The translations under genes were made by a program, and so were the position numbers. Positions 42,296-51,735 of a stretch of DNA of 55,737 nucleotides are shown here, one piece after another. Source of the stretch: a virus (Duplodnaviria > Caudoviricetes); the IMG/VR virus record IMGVR_UViG_3300043753_000025, positions 1 through 55,737 of that record; one strand, given 5' to 3'. The notes beneath the pieces were generated by a model. That model saw only the letters and a program-made list of their open reading frames with translations, was not told where the DNA came from and did not search any database. How positions within the stretch are numbered: position 1 is the first letter of the stretch; each line of letters starts with the position of its first letter.

Positions 42296-43477
42296 CTAAT
42301 AGGCAGTGGTGACCCAGTTCAGCAGCGTCGCCTGGACGACACCGCCGTCCGTCGCGTTCCAGACGCCGCTGATGTCGAAGTCGGCCTGGGCGTAGGCCTG
42401 CGACATGTCCCTCTTGCCCTTGTACCAGGCACTCTTGGACATGCTCAGCGACAGCGACTGGCCGCCGCGACTGATCGGCTGCTGCATCGACACCGTCATC
42501 GGCAACTGCGTGTTGCTGGTGAACAGGGCGAAGTCGAGGTTGTTCTCGAAGATGGCCTTCAACTTGCCGTCGCTCTCCAGGCCGCCGGCGAAGACCTCGC
42601 GGGGCTGCTGCGTCCCATCCGAACTGGGGATGGCCTCGGTGGCGCGCTTGATGGTCAGATCGCACGACCGACCTCGGGTCGAGCTTGCACCGCCGCTCGT
42701 GAGCTGCCACGACCAGCCGAGCAGCGGGTCGTAGGTCGAGTATGCGGCGGCGGCCGAGGATGCCGGGACAGACAGCATGCTGGTCAGCTTGGAGCTGAGC
42801 TGGACCGCGCCCTTCGGGTCGATCTTGATCCCGAGTTCGCTGAACCGCGCGTAGCTGGCTGACACCCACTGCACGGTGTCGTAGTACAGGAGGCTCCACG
42901 TCGGCAGCGCGATGGTCGGCGCCTGCTTGAACGTGTGGGCCGTCGGCGTGAGCACCGGGTCCGAGAGGCTGTGGGCATTGGCCAGGCCGACGCGGTTCGA
43001 TCCGGTGCGGCCCAACACCGTGGTGACGTTGCTGATGTACGGGCCCGTTCCCGTGGCGGCCCCGTCGGTCCAGGCATACTCCAGCGCCGCGCCGCTGCCG
43101 ACCTTCACGACTGTCCCGGCGGGCAGCGACACCGGTACGGAGATCGCCGTCGCACCCACGGTGGTTGCCGCGGAGAGCGTGGTGCTGGTGCCGGCCGTGA
43201 CGGTGTCCGGCCCGATCATGCCGACCAGGGGCACGCCCACCAGATCCGGGTAGGCCTGGTAGTCCAGCTGCCACTCGCCGTGCCCCGGGCCCTGGTAACT
43301 GCCCTGGAGAATGCTGTCGTTGGCGCGGACGGACTCGTCCTTGATCTGGTCGATCAGATCCTCGAAGCCCGAGGAACCGGTGTACGGGACTCCGAAGGTC
43401 GGCGGCACGAACCCGCCAGGGAGGCCCGGTGCTTCCTTGCCGATGGCGAGGCTGCCGTTGCGCGCGAGCTGAGTCAC
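42296..43477 (-). CDS. Major tail (tube) protein
   Basis: SLAIGKEA N-terminus; 393 aa; position. Confidence 0.82.
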   Translation of the reverse strand: MTQLARNGSLAIGKEAPGLPGGFVPPTFGVPYTGSSGFEDLIDQIKDESVRANDSILQGSYQGPGHGEWQLDYQAYPDLVGVPLVGMIGPDTVTAGTSTTLSAATTVGATAISVPVSLPAGTVVKVGSGAALEYAWTDGAATGTGPYISNVTTVLGRTGSNRVGLANAHSLSDPVLTPTAHTFKQAPTIALPTWSLLYYDTVQWVSASYARFSELGIKIDPKGAVQLSSKLTSMLSVPASSAAAAYSTYDPLLGWSWQLTSGGASSTRGRSCDLTIKRATEAIPSSDGTQQPREVFAGGLESDGKLKAIFENNLDFALFTSNTQLPMTVSMQQPISRGGQSLSLSMSKSAWYKGKRDMSQAYAQADFDISGVWNATDGGVVQATLLNWVTTAY

Positions 43478-43692
43478 TGCTCAGTCCCTTCCGGCGCCGC
43501 TGCAGCGCGGGCCTTGGGCTTGGCCGGCGGCGCCGGCGCGGGGTCAGGGGCGGCGGGTTCGGGATCGACGCGCTCGAACCCGGCGATCGGCACCGGCCAG
43601 AGCACGGTCTCGCCCGGGCCGACCGTGGCCGGGATCGCGGGTACGTCCACCGGGTCCGCGCCCGGGTTGCGCTGCGGGTAGGGATCGGGCAT
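43474..43692 (-). CDS. Small Pro-rich virion-cluster protein
   Basis: GGAGG RBS; GTGA overlap with tail tube gene. Confidence 0.65.
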   Translation of the reverse strand: MPDPYPQRNPGADPVDVPAIPATVGPGETVLWPVPIAGFERVDPEPAAPDPAPAPPAKPKARAAAAPEGTEQ

Positions 43693-43714
43693 GGAGGCCT
43701 CCGGGAAGCACGAA

Positions 43715-43736
43715 GGCCCCCGTCACCGCGGGGGCC
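43715..43736 (-). terminator. Terminator upstream of tail tube genes
   Basis: GGCCCCCG-N6-CGGGGGCC then TTCGTGCTT. Confidence 0.6.
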
Positions 43737-43757
43737 GTGACGGGTGGGTGACGGGCG

Positions 43758-44255
43758 TCAGGCCGTGTAGTCCTGGTCGTCCACGCTGTAGGTGATCGCG
43801 GCCGTGAGCTGGCCGCTGGCAATGCCCTGCACCGGGTCGCCGGGCTCGACGTCGATCGTGGAGCCCGTCGGCGCTTCCGCAACGGACAGGAACCGGTTCC
43901 CGTGCGACTTGTCGCCGGGCCAGCCCTCGATCCGCTGGATCAGCAGGTCGAGCGCCGCATCGAACGCGGCCTGCTCCAACTCGGCGATCTGCACTCCAGC
44001 AGCGGTCGCCCCGATCGGCCACACGGCCGCCAGGTGGAAGTGGTAGCTGGGTTGGCGCCGGGTGTTGGCGGTCCGCGCGGTCTGGATGCGGCGACGCATC
44101 ACGTACAGCTGGGTCTTCTGCTGGGCCGGACTGCGCGTCACGTACGCCTGGATGATGTCCCACGGGCCGCCGGCCGCCTTGAGCAGGGCGGGCAGGCCGT
44201 CGCCGCTGGTGGTCAGCCAGTCGGCCTCCCGCTTCACGGCATCGGCGGTCGTCAT
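43758..44255 (-). CDS. Putative tail terminator/head-tail joining protein
   Basis: 165 aa; ATGA overlap; position. Confidence 0.65.
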   Translation of the reverse strand: MTTADAVKREADWLTTSGDGLPALLKAAGGPWDIIQAYVTRSPAQQKTQLYVMRRRIQTARTANTRRQPSYHFHLAAVWPIGATAAGVQIAELEQAAFDAALDLLIQRIEGWPGDKSHGNRFLSVAEAPTGSTIDVEPGDPVQGIASGQLTAAITYSVDDQDYTA

Positions 44256-44935
44256 CGGCGGCGCCTCCTCTGCTTGCGGGGGTGCGAGCGGCGGGTCGCG
44301 GCCGCCTTCGCCCTCGCGGCGGCCGACATCCGGTGGCCCTTGTGGTGACCACCGCGGTGATGGCGGCCCCGCATCCGGGCGGACAACTTCGCGCGGGCCG
44401 CGGCGCTCATCGGCTTGCGGTGGCCGGGCTTGTGGTGCTTGCCCTTCATCCGCGCGCTGAGCTTCGCTCTGGCGGCCGCGGACAGTTTGTGGCGCTTGCC
44501 CTTGTGGTGCCGGCCGCGCAACTTCGCGCGGAGCTTGGCCTTCGCGGCCGCGGAAAGGGGCTTGTGCTTGCGGCCCTTGAGCCGCGCCTTCAGCTTGGCC
44601 TTCGCGGCAGCCGACAGGTGCCGGTGCTTGCCGCGCATCTTCGCGGACAGCTTGGCTCTGGCCGCCGCCGACAGCTTGTGGCCCGCGTGGTGACGGCCTC
44701 GCAGCTTGGCGCTGATCTTGGCTCGCGCGGCGGCCGACATCTGGTGCCCAGCGTGGTGCCGCCCGCGCAGGGCGGCCGAGATCTTCGCCCGGGTCGCGGC
44801 GCTGATCGGATGCCCGCGGTGCGGATGCGGCCGCCCCTTCATGCGGGCGGAGATCCGGGCCCGGGCAGCTGCGTTGAGGTACCGCTTCACAGTGTGCCGG
44901 GCTGGCGATGCGGGCTGCGGAGTGCCCCAGGACAT
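44252..44935 (-). CDS. Extremely basic tandem NUMOD3-like repeat protein
   Basis: Nine repeats of SAAARAK(I/L)SAx(M/L)(R/K)G(R/K)HH; no Asp/Glu; coupled to both neighbours. Confidence 0.8.
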   Translation of the reverse strand: MSWGTPQPASPARHTVKRYLNAAARARISARMKGRPHPHRGHPISAATRAKISAALRGRHHAGHQMSAAARAKISAKLRGRHHAGHKLSAAARAKLSAKMRGKHRHLSAAAKAKLKARLKGRKHKPLSAAAKAKLRAKLRGRHHKGKRHKLSAAARAKLSARMKGKHHKPGHRKPMSAAARAKLSARMRGRHHRGGHHKGHRMSAAARAKAAATRRSHPRKQRRRRR

Positions 44936-45606
44936 CAGCCGCGGCCGTAGGACGCGCAGATCGCCTCGGCGTCCGCCGCCAGTACGTCCGGGTCGTGGCC
45001 GTGGCCGGCCGTTGTCGGGTCGAGCTCGCGGACGGCGATTGACGCGGCCATGTACTTGCAGCCGCGCACCAGGTCAGCCGGGACGGCGACCGTGTAGCCG
45101 CCGCCGTAGACGTAGGTGGTGATGGAGCCGATCGGCAGGAAGGTGCCGATGTTGTACCAGATGTGCCCGGTGTCCGGGTCGGGCCCGCGCACCGTGGACA
45201 GGTTGACCTGCTGGTCGCCACCGTAGGAGCGGTGGATGGTGATGCTCTGCAGGCTGTAGGCCCACAGCTCGGTGTACTTGGGCGCGAACTCCTGCAGCCA
45301 GCCGTGCCGCACCAGGCTGGTGGTGCCCATGGCGTACGCGTACGACTGACCGAGCGTGCCGGCCAGATCGAGCGGGACGTTCCCGGCGTCGATGTACTCG
45401 TCCGGGTCAATGCCGATCGAGCGCTCGGTCTCAATCAGTCCGGTGAACGGGGCGAGTCGACGACCGGCCGCACCCTCGCACATCCGGGTCGCCTCGATCA
45501 TCAGGTCCGACAGGGCCTGCGGGGAGTAGGCGCGCACCAGGTCGGCGTAGGGGCCCTCTTGGAGCTGTGCCGCCGTCGCCAGCGGCACCGGCGAGTCGGC
45601 GGCCAC
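44935..45606 (-). CDS. Head-to-tail adaptor
   Basis: LMIEATRMCEG...YVYGGGY..VPADLVRGC. Confidence 0.75.
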   Translation of the reverse strand: MAADSPVPLATAAQLQEGPYADLVRAYSPQALSDLMIEATRMCEGAAGRRLAPFTGLIETERSIGIDPDEYIDAGNVPLDLAGTLGQSYAYAMGTTSLVRHGWLQEFAPKYTELWAYSLQSITIHRSYGGDQQVNLSTVRGPDPDTGHIWYNIGTFLPIGSITTYVYGGGYTVAVPADLVRGCKYMAASIAVRELDPTTAGHGHDPDVLAADAEAICASYGRG

Positions 45607-45609
45607 CGG

Positions 45610-45819
45610 CTACTCCTCGACCGGGACGCCGGAATCCGGCGCGACCGGCGCGCTGTACGCCTTCACGCCCTTGGGGAGTTCGGGCTGGGCCTCGAACTCG
45701 CCCGGGGCGATGCTGACGAGCTCGTGGGCGTCCTCGGGCGGCATCTCCAGCCACTCGCCGCCCTGCGGCCACTGGTAGCCGTGCGAGCTGCCGCCCGGGT
45801 GCTGCTTCTTGACGAACAT
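45610..45819 (-). CDS. Small protein downstream of capsid gene
   Basis: GGGAG RBS; 69 aa. Confidence 0.6.
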   Translation of the reverse strand: MFVKKQHPGGSSHGYQWPQGGEWLEMPPEDAHELVSIAPGEFEAQPELPKGVKAYSAPVAPDSGVPVEE

Positions 45820-45889
45820 CGGGTTCTCCCGGAAGGGTTGGGCGGTCCGTGGCGCGGAGTAGGCGCCACGGACCGCCAGCTGAAGGGGA

Positions 45890-47263
45890 TCAGAGCGTCG
45901 GGGCGACCCGGGCCAGGCGACCAATCCACTGCGGGCCGCGCACCGCCAGCGTCGTGTCCGAGACGATCGCGAACGGCATCGCGTCCGGGGAGTTGGTCGT
46001 CGGGAAGACGTCCTTGGGCTGGATGTCGCGGACGAACGGCCGAACGACGTTGTCGCGGTCGCGGCTCATCAGGTAGATGTCCTCGTAGCCGGCCGAACGC
46101 GGCTTGAGGCCGGTGTTGGTGCCGATGTAGGCGGCCGGGGTCTGAGCCGGGACGGTCGCGCCGTTCTGCGGGACCAGGTTCGCACCCGTGTCCACGATCG
46201 ACGTGGTCAGGATCGGGGTGATGTTGTCCGCGGCGAGGCCGACGGTCGCGTCCACGACGCCGAGGAGGGTCTCCTGACCGGTGGCCGTGGACCGGTAGAC
46301 CATGTAGTGCTGCGGCGTGCTGGCCTGGAAGCCGGACGGCGTGGAGAACGCGAGCGTGACCGTGCTGGTGGAGCCGGTGGTGGTGGCCGAGACCTCAGCG
46401 CAGGCGATCGCCTCGCCCTGCCGGGTCATCACCGGGGCGAGCTTGTAGTAGTAGGTGCCGGCCGCGAGGGTGCCGCCGGTGGTGGCCGGGGTGGCGGTGA
46501 CGGTGCCCATCGAGGTGCCCTTGGTCGCCAGGTACGACGACCGGACGATCGGGATGTTGCGGTAGCTGGGCACGATCAGGCCGGGCACGACCTCGGTGTC
46601 GTTCACGAACCGCTGCTGGTTCGTGAACAGCGACGCCAGCGCGCCCTCGGAGGTGGAGCTCATGACGAGCATCCAGTCCGTGTTGGTGGCCTGCTCGGCG
46701 GTGTAGGACTCGACCATGTCGATCAGCTGGTTCAGCAGGCTGAAGGAGATGTTCGAGCCGGCCGCGTCGATCGCGTTCTGGCCGTTGTTGCTGGTGCCGC
46801 TGAAGGTGTTGATCAGCGAGGCGAGGCCGTCGAACTGCGGGTAGGGGCCGAACTGCGTCGCGCCGGAGTTGCCGGAGACCAGCATCTGCTCGGTGTCCCA
46901 ACGCAGGCCGCGGATGCCGCCCATGATCTCTCGGGCGCGCAGGTCACCGATGACGTCGGCGGTGACCTCCTCGGCGTAGCCAGTGACGGCACCGACGACC
47001 TGGAGGTTCTTGATGGTGAACTTGCTCTGGAAGTACGAGCTGGTGCTCACCTGGCGGGCACCGCCGTCGGTGACAGCACCGCCAGAGGCGAGGCCGTTGC
47101 GGGTGTTGAAGTAGTAGTCGGTGCTGCGGATCTTCTGGCTGGGGATGGCCTCGATCAGCGGGCTGTAGCGCCGCAGCTGCTCGAAGAGGTTCGGGTCAAT
47201 GACCTTGGGGACGAGCGCGGATGCGCCCGCGGCGTTGAGCGCCTCAGCGAGTTCGCGAGACAA
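45890..47263 (-). CDS. Major capsid protein with inserted Ig/FN3-like domain
   Basis: TTG start after GGAGG; LVPKVIDP...SPLIEAI...QFDGL; insertion GTLAAGTYYYK...YMVYRS. Confidence 0.85.
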   Translation of the reverse strand: MSRELAEALNAAGASALVPKVIDPNLFEQLRRYSPLIEAIPSQKIRSTDYYFNTRNGLASGGAVTDGGARQVSTSSYFQSKFTIKNLQVVGAVTGYAEEVTADVIGDLRAREIMGGIRGLRWDTEQMLVSGNSGATQFGPYPQFDGLASLINTFSGTSNNGQNAIDAAGSNISFSLLNQLIDMVESYTAEQATNTDWMLVMSSTSEGALASLFTNQQRFVNDTEVVPGLIVPSYRNIPIVRSSYLATKGTSMGTVTATPATTGGTLAAGTYYYKLAPVMTRQGEAIACAEVSATTTGSTSTVTLAFSTPSGFQASTPQHYMVYRSTATGQETLLGVVDATVGLAADNITPILTTSIVDTGANLVPQNGATVPAQTPAAYIGTNTGLKPRSAGYEDIYLMSRDRDNVVRPFVRDIQPKDVFPTTNSPDAMPFAIVSDTTLAVRGPQWIGRLARVAPTL

Positions 47264-47295
47264 GGATGCCTCCGGGGGCAGGAGATGGGCATGGA

Positions 47296-47326
47296 AAAGC
47301 CCCCGGGCCTGCGGCTCTTCGGGGGC
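47296..47326 (-). terminator. Terminator between scaffold and capsid genes
   Basis: GCCCCCG...CGGGGGC-TTTT on minus strand. Confidence 0.6.
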
Positions 47327-47404
47327 GGGTGACCATTCCTGCCGTGTCCGGCACCACCCGGCTCGCGGGTGGCGGTCAGTCAGCTCAGCTGTCGGCTACG
47401 GCCG

Positions 47405-48928
47405 TCAGTCGTCGTACTCGTTGCTGTAGCGGCCGTTCGACACCCAGGAGAGGAGGGCGTCGTTGCCGGCCCGGCGAACGACGTTGGGGTCCTCGTAGCC
47501 GGACTCGGCTACGGTGCTGGTGGCGCGCAGGCCCTTGCGGGCGGGCCCCTGCTGGCGGACCTCGGCACGCAGGCTCTCTTCCAGGGCGGTCCGCTCCTTG
47601 GCCATGCGCTCGGCGACGATGCGGTCGATGCGCTGGTCCTCGGTCTCGACGACCGGCTCGGCCGGGGCTGCGGGCGCGGACTCGGTGGTCGGCGCGGGGC
47701 GGTTGCCGAGCAGCTGCTGGAACTGCTCCGGCGTCAGGGCGATGAGCTGCGGGGTGGCCGTCTCGGCGGCCGGGGTGGACTCGCTCACGGCGGGCACCTC
47801 CGTGGTGGTTGTGGGGTCCCCGGCCGGTCGGCTCGGGGTGGTCTCGGTGGCGGGCGCGGGCGGCGCGGCCTCCATCTGGTCATCGTCCGGGCTCCGCACG
47901 GCCTCGGTGTCGCCGTCGCTGTCCGCGTGCGGCGCACCCGGCACGTCGATGTCGGCGTCCATATCCGGGTCCATCGCTCTCAGCGCGTCGCAGGCGGCAC
48001 ACATCGCAGCCTTGGCGATGACCTCCAACTCAGCGGGCTCGATGCCCTCGTAGGCCGAGATGTTGACGGTGATCGGCCCGTTGTGCGCCGAGATCGAGAA
48101 CCCGGCGCCCCGGTCGTCCACCGCGAGGCACTCGGCGACGGGGCCCCAGGAGGCATCCTCGGCCGACGGCACAAACGGTGCAGTCTCTGCAGTCACGGTC
48201 ACTCCGAACTGGCGCAAGGCCTTCTTGATGCGGCCCTTGACCCGCTTCAGCTGGTTCGCCGTGTACTGGCGGGAGTTGTCGGCCTCGTTGATGTACGACC
48301 ACGCGGCCCTGGCCCGGCGGGCGGTGTCGAGCGGGTGCCGCTTCTGCTTGTCCGGCAAGTAGCCGGGGTCCGCGTGGAGCACGGGGCTGTCCGGTGCCCT
48401 TGTGGTGGCGGCGGTGGCCTCGGTGACGGACTCGTAGACGAGGTGGCCGGACTCGGCGGTCTCGGTCGGCACGGCGCCGGGCTCAATCCGGGCGGCCACC
48501 ACGCCGGGGGTCTTGGTGAAGTCCAGGCCGTGGAGGTCGAGATCGTCAGCGGTCTCGACCATCTGACCGTCGTGCTCGACCCGCCGGACCGAACCTCGCC
48601 AGGCGCCCCGAATCGACACGCCGTCGAGGAATGGTCGGTCGCCCGTCACCAGGGCGGCGATGTCGCGGCCGGCGGCGGTGTCGGCGATCTCCGCTTCGAA
48701 GGTGACCCGCCCGTCGTCCTGCTGGGTCAGCTTGGTGACCCGGCCGACGATCCGCGTGGAGTCGTCCTCGGCGCCGTGGTGGGTGAGCATCGTGTGCGGC
48801 TCGCCGCGGGCGATGGCCTCCTGGGCGCGCCCGGCCGCCCGGCCGAGCATCTCCCGCGTGTACAGCCTGCGGTTTCGCGACACCCCGGGGGCGATCGCGG
48901 TGCCGCGGATCGTGGCGATACCGGCCAA
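47405..48928 (-). CDS. Capsid maturation protease/scaffold fusion (DUF6582-like central domain)
   Basis: GVSRNRRLYT, LTHH, GVSIRG, LDFTKTPGV; YLPDKQKRHPLDT...AWSYIN; TTG start after GGAGG. Confidence 0.8.
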   Translation of the reverse strand: MAGIATIRGTAIAPGVSRNRRLYTREMLGRAAGRAQEAIARGEPHTMLTHHGAEDDSTRIVGRVTKLTQQDDGRVTFEAEIADTAAGRDIAALVTGDRPFLDGVSIRGAWRGSVRRVEHDGQMVETADDLDLHGLDFTKTPGVVAARIEPGAVPTETAESGHLVYESVTEATAATTRAPDSPVLHADPGYLPDKQKRHPLDTARRARAAWSYINEADNSRQYTANQLKRVKGRIKKALRQFGVTVTAETAPFVPSAEDASWGPVAECLAVDDRGAGFSISAHNGPITVNISAYEGIEPAELEVIAKAAMCAACDALRAMDPDMDADIDVPGAPHADSDGDTEAVRSPDDDQMEAAPPAPATETTPSRPAGDPTTTTEVPAVSESTPAAETATPQLIALTPEQFQQLLGNRPAPTTESAPAAPAEPVVETEDQRIDRIVAERMAKERTALEESLRAEVRQQGPARKGLRATSTVAESGYEDPNVVRRAGNDALLSWVSNGRYSNEYDD

Positions 48929-48942
48929 GGGGGTGCCTCCGA

Positions 48943-49761
48943 TCAGGCGGGCTGCAGGGTGCAGCGGCAGAGAGGGTGAAGGGGTGGCCGTGGCGCGGTC
49001 GCGGCGGGGAAGGGGCTGCGGTCCTCGGCGTCCACGCAGGTCGGGCAGACGCGCCCGTCGCCGACTGTGACGATGCTCAACTGCTGTACGTCGCGTTGCT
49101 GGTAGGCGTTCGCCATGCCATCGGTCCACGCGGCGCCCACCGCGGTGATGACGCTCGTGGACCAGGCCGCGCCGTCGGTGATGACGGCCGCGACCTGGTC
49201 GAGCATCGCCCGCTCGTCGTCGCCCTGCTCGGCCGCGCTGAGCAGGGCTCGGGCGATGGTCTGCGCCGTGCCGCGCAGGGCCGCGGCGGTGACGGTGTAG
49301 GCGGCAGCGAGCTCCGCATCCGCATCGCCAGCGTCGTCGCCCTGGTCGTCGTCCTCGTCGCTGAGTTCGCCGTCGTCGTCGGTGGCGACCGCGTGCCCTG
49401 CTCGGGTGCCGGCCGTTCGGGCCTGCCGCATCGCGGCGGTGAGCGCGGCGATCAGCTGGGGCCACTGCGGTCGGCTGGCGAGGCGGGCCAGTTGGGCGAG
49501 CACCGCCGCGGTGGTGACCTGCTGCACGTGCCGGCGCCGGATGGCCGCCGGGGTGCTCTCGGCCGGTGCGACCTGCTGGCGCAGGGCCGTCATGACGGCC
49601 GTCAGGTCCAGCCCGCCGGCAACGTCCCGCCATGCGGCCAGAACCTGCTCGGCCGCGCGCCGCTCCAGCCGCTCCCGGCGCCGGTAGACCGCAGCCCAGG
49701 TTCCGGTGAGCTGGCCGAGTTGGAGCGTCGGCGCCCGCCCGGTCACGCCCGAGGCGGCCAC
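48943..49761 (-). CDS. Head morphogenesis (MuF-like) protein
   Basis: DGRVCPTC...PPLHPLCRC. Confidence 0.8.
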   Translation of the reverse strand: MAASGVTGRAPTLQLGQLTGTWAAVYRRRERLERRAAEQVLAAWRDVAGGLDLTAVMTALRQQVAPAESTPAAIRRRHVQQVTTAAVLAQLARLASRPQWPQLIAALTAAMRQARTAGTRAGHAVATDDDGELSDEDDDQGDDAGDADAELAAAYTVTAAALRGTAQTIARALLSAAEQGDDERAMLDQVAAVITDGAAWSTSVITAVGAAWTDGMANAYQQRDVQQLSIVTVGDGRVCPTCVDAEDRSPFPAATAPRPPLHPLCRCTLQPA

Positions 49762-50003
49762 GACCAGGTGCCTGGGCCGGTGCCCGGCTTGGCGCTGGTA
49801 ACCCAGAGCTGGGCCTGCCCGTCGAGGAACACCTGGAGGTTGGCCTCACCGTCGCTGGCAGCGCCGAAGGCGCGCACCACGATGGCCGGGTAGGTGTCGC
49901 CGAAGCTCACCGGGTTGATCTGGATCGTTGGCAGAGCTCGGGCCCGGCCGACGTCCTCATCGCTGAGCCGGTAATGGACGATGCGTCCGATGGTGGGCTG
50001 CAC
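49743..50003 (-). CDS. Hypothetical protein
   Basis: PTIGRIVHY...NLQVFLDG...GTWSWPPR; GAGGAG RBS. Confidence 0.75.
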   Translation of the reverse strand: MQPTIGRIVHYRLSDEDVGRARALPTIQINPVSFGDTYPAIVVRAFGAASDGEANLQVFLDGQAQLWVTSAKPGTGPGTWSWPPRA

Positions 50004-50130
50004 GGGTGCTCCTCAGTAGACGGTCTTGCGGATGAGCGGCCAGGCGCCGGCTGCGGTGAGCGCCCCGCCGGGCGCCTGCCGGGGGCCGGTGCGGGGCGGC
50101 TCGGGCTGGTCGCTGGTGGGGCCGGGCGGG

Positions 50131-51735
50131 TCAGGCGGCTGCTGCGAGGGCTCGCCGGAGTCGGGAGGCGAAGTCATCAGGCTCGTCCTCCTCGTCCGGG
50201 TCGTCCTCGTAGTAGGTCCGCCAGTCGTACGCCTCGGCGGTCTTCCCGGGCGGGGCCGGCGGCCGGCCGGGCGCCGGGGACTGCTGGCCGGCCATCGCGG
50301 CGGCGTGCGCCGCCAGTTCGGGCGGCACCGGCGCTGGCTCGGGCTCGGGCTTCATGTCGATGCCGTCGATCTGCGCGCCAGCGCTGAGTCCTGGCGCTGC
50401 GGTCTTGGCCAGCATCGCCTTCGACATGATCGCGATGTCCTTCCAGAGGACCAGGTTCTGGCGGTCGATCAGCACCGCGTCGTCGCCGCCATCCACCGGC
50501 GGCTCGCCGATGTCGGCCCGGCCCCGGTTGAGGAGCCACAGGCCGTTGCGGATCCGCAGGTCGCGGATCTGCTCGATCGTCAGCGAGTCGCGCATGTCGA
50601 CCTCGCGCAGCTTGAGCGCCCAGCCGTCGATGCCGAAGCCGCGCTTCGTCAGGTGGAAGTTGAGCTTCTCCAGGATCAGTGCGCCGATCGGCCCGCAGGT
50701 GTTGGTCAGGAACGTCTTACGCTGGCTGTCGCCAGTGCCGCCGCCGAGGTTGCCGGACTCGATCACGCCGACCAGGGCCGGCGGGACGCCGTACTCGGAC
50801 AGGATCTCGTCGCGGGCCTGGTCCTTGCTGGCGTGCAGGTCCGGGATCTTGGACGGCTGCAGCTCAACGACCTTGCCGCCGCCGACCGTGACGACCGGCT
50901 CCCCCTTGTTCTTCGGACCGAGGAATCGCACCCTAAACTGCTGCAGCCATCGCTTGATCGCGCCCTCGGTCATGGACTCAGGGAAGTCCACATGAAGGGT
51001 GGGCGGATCGCCCTTGCGCAAGGTCTCCTTCAGCAGGCCGGAGGCGTACAGCCAGGTGGTGATCGGCAGCAGGGCCTTCTCTGTCGGCGAAGTTCCGTGT
51101 AGGCCCGACCTCGGGGTGTCCATGCTGATGTGGATGATCTCGTCCGGCTCGAAGACCGCGCGCTGGCCGTCGTCGGTGATCTGCACGTACTGGGTGACGA
51201 CGCCGTGCGGGTCGGAGATGATCCGCATCGACGCCGCGTCCAGCGAGTAGAGGGCGATCGGCTCACCCAGGAACCACACGACCTCCAGGTACGCGTCGGC
51301 CGCGACCTCCAGGTCCGTCACCATGCCGCGCAGCAACTGCTGCATGTCCTCGTACGGGTTGCAGTAGTCGATCAGCTGCTGGAGCCGCTGAACCTCCGGC
51401 GGCCGGGTCGGCGCCTTGCGGTCGCCCTCCTGGTCGTCCTGCGCCCAGTCGATGTACAGGCCGCCAGCTGTCACCGTGCGGGCGATGGCGTCCACGCAGG
51501 CGCTGGCCCACGTGCACGTGGTGTACACCTGGTAGAGCTGCTCCAGGAGTTCACGCCGGTCGCTGCCGAGGTCGCCGCCGCCCTGGTTGTACTCGGTGGT
51601 GCCGCCGCGTGGGATCCCGTACTCGTAGCCACGACGGGCGGCCTGAGCCGGTGTCGGCCCGGCGGGGGCCGTCGTGACGGGTTCGGCCTCGGCGACGGGC
51701 TGTTCGCGGCGGGTCAGTCGGGACCAGACGCCCAC
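50131..51735 (-). CDS. Portal protein (HK97-like)
   Basis: ACVDAIA, DEIIHI...GLHGTSP, YGVPPALVG; GAGGAGG RBS. Confidence 0.92.
   Translation of the reverse strand: MGVWSRLTRREQPVAEAEPVTTAPAGPTPAQAARRGYEYGIPRGGTTEYNQGGGDLGSDRRELLEQLYQVYTTCTWASACVDAIARTVTAGGLYIDWAQDDQEGDRKAPTRPPEVQRLQQLIDYCNPYEDMQQLLRGMVTDLEVAADAYLEVVWFLGEPIALYSLDAASMRIISDPHGVVTQYVQITDDGQRAVFEPDEIIHISMDTPRSGLHGTSPTEKALLPITTWLYASGLLKETLRKGDPPTLHVDFPESMTEGAIKRWLQQFRVRFLGPKNKGEPVVTVGGGKVVELQPSKIPDLHASKDQARDEILSEYGVPPALVGVIESGNLGGGTGDSQRKTFLTNTCGPIGALILEKLNFHLTKRGFGIDGWALKLREVDMRDSLTIEQIRDLRIRNGLWLLNRGRADIGEPPVDGGDDAVLIDRQNLVLWKDIAIMSKAMLAKTAAPGLSAGAQIDGIDMKPEPEPAPVPPELAAHAAAMAGQQSPAPGRPPAPPGKTAEAYDWRTYYEDDPDEEDEPDDFASRLRRALAAAA

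Noticed and set aside
44280-44880. Tandem DNA repeats as a CRISPR-like or non-coding array
   Set aside because: Degenerate, in frame and fully explained by the protein repeat.
44921-44935. MSWGT start of the basic repeat protein matching the DTSWGT peptide (also AWGT in 40932-41405)
   Set aside because: Four-residue match without the Asp-Thr or a signal peptide; probably chance.
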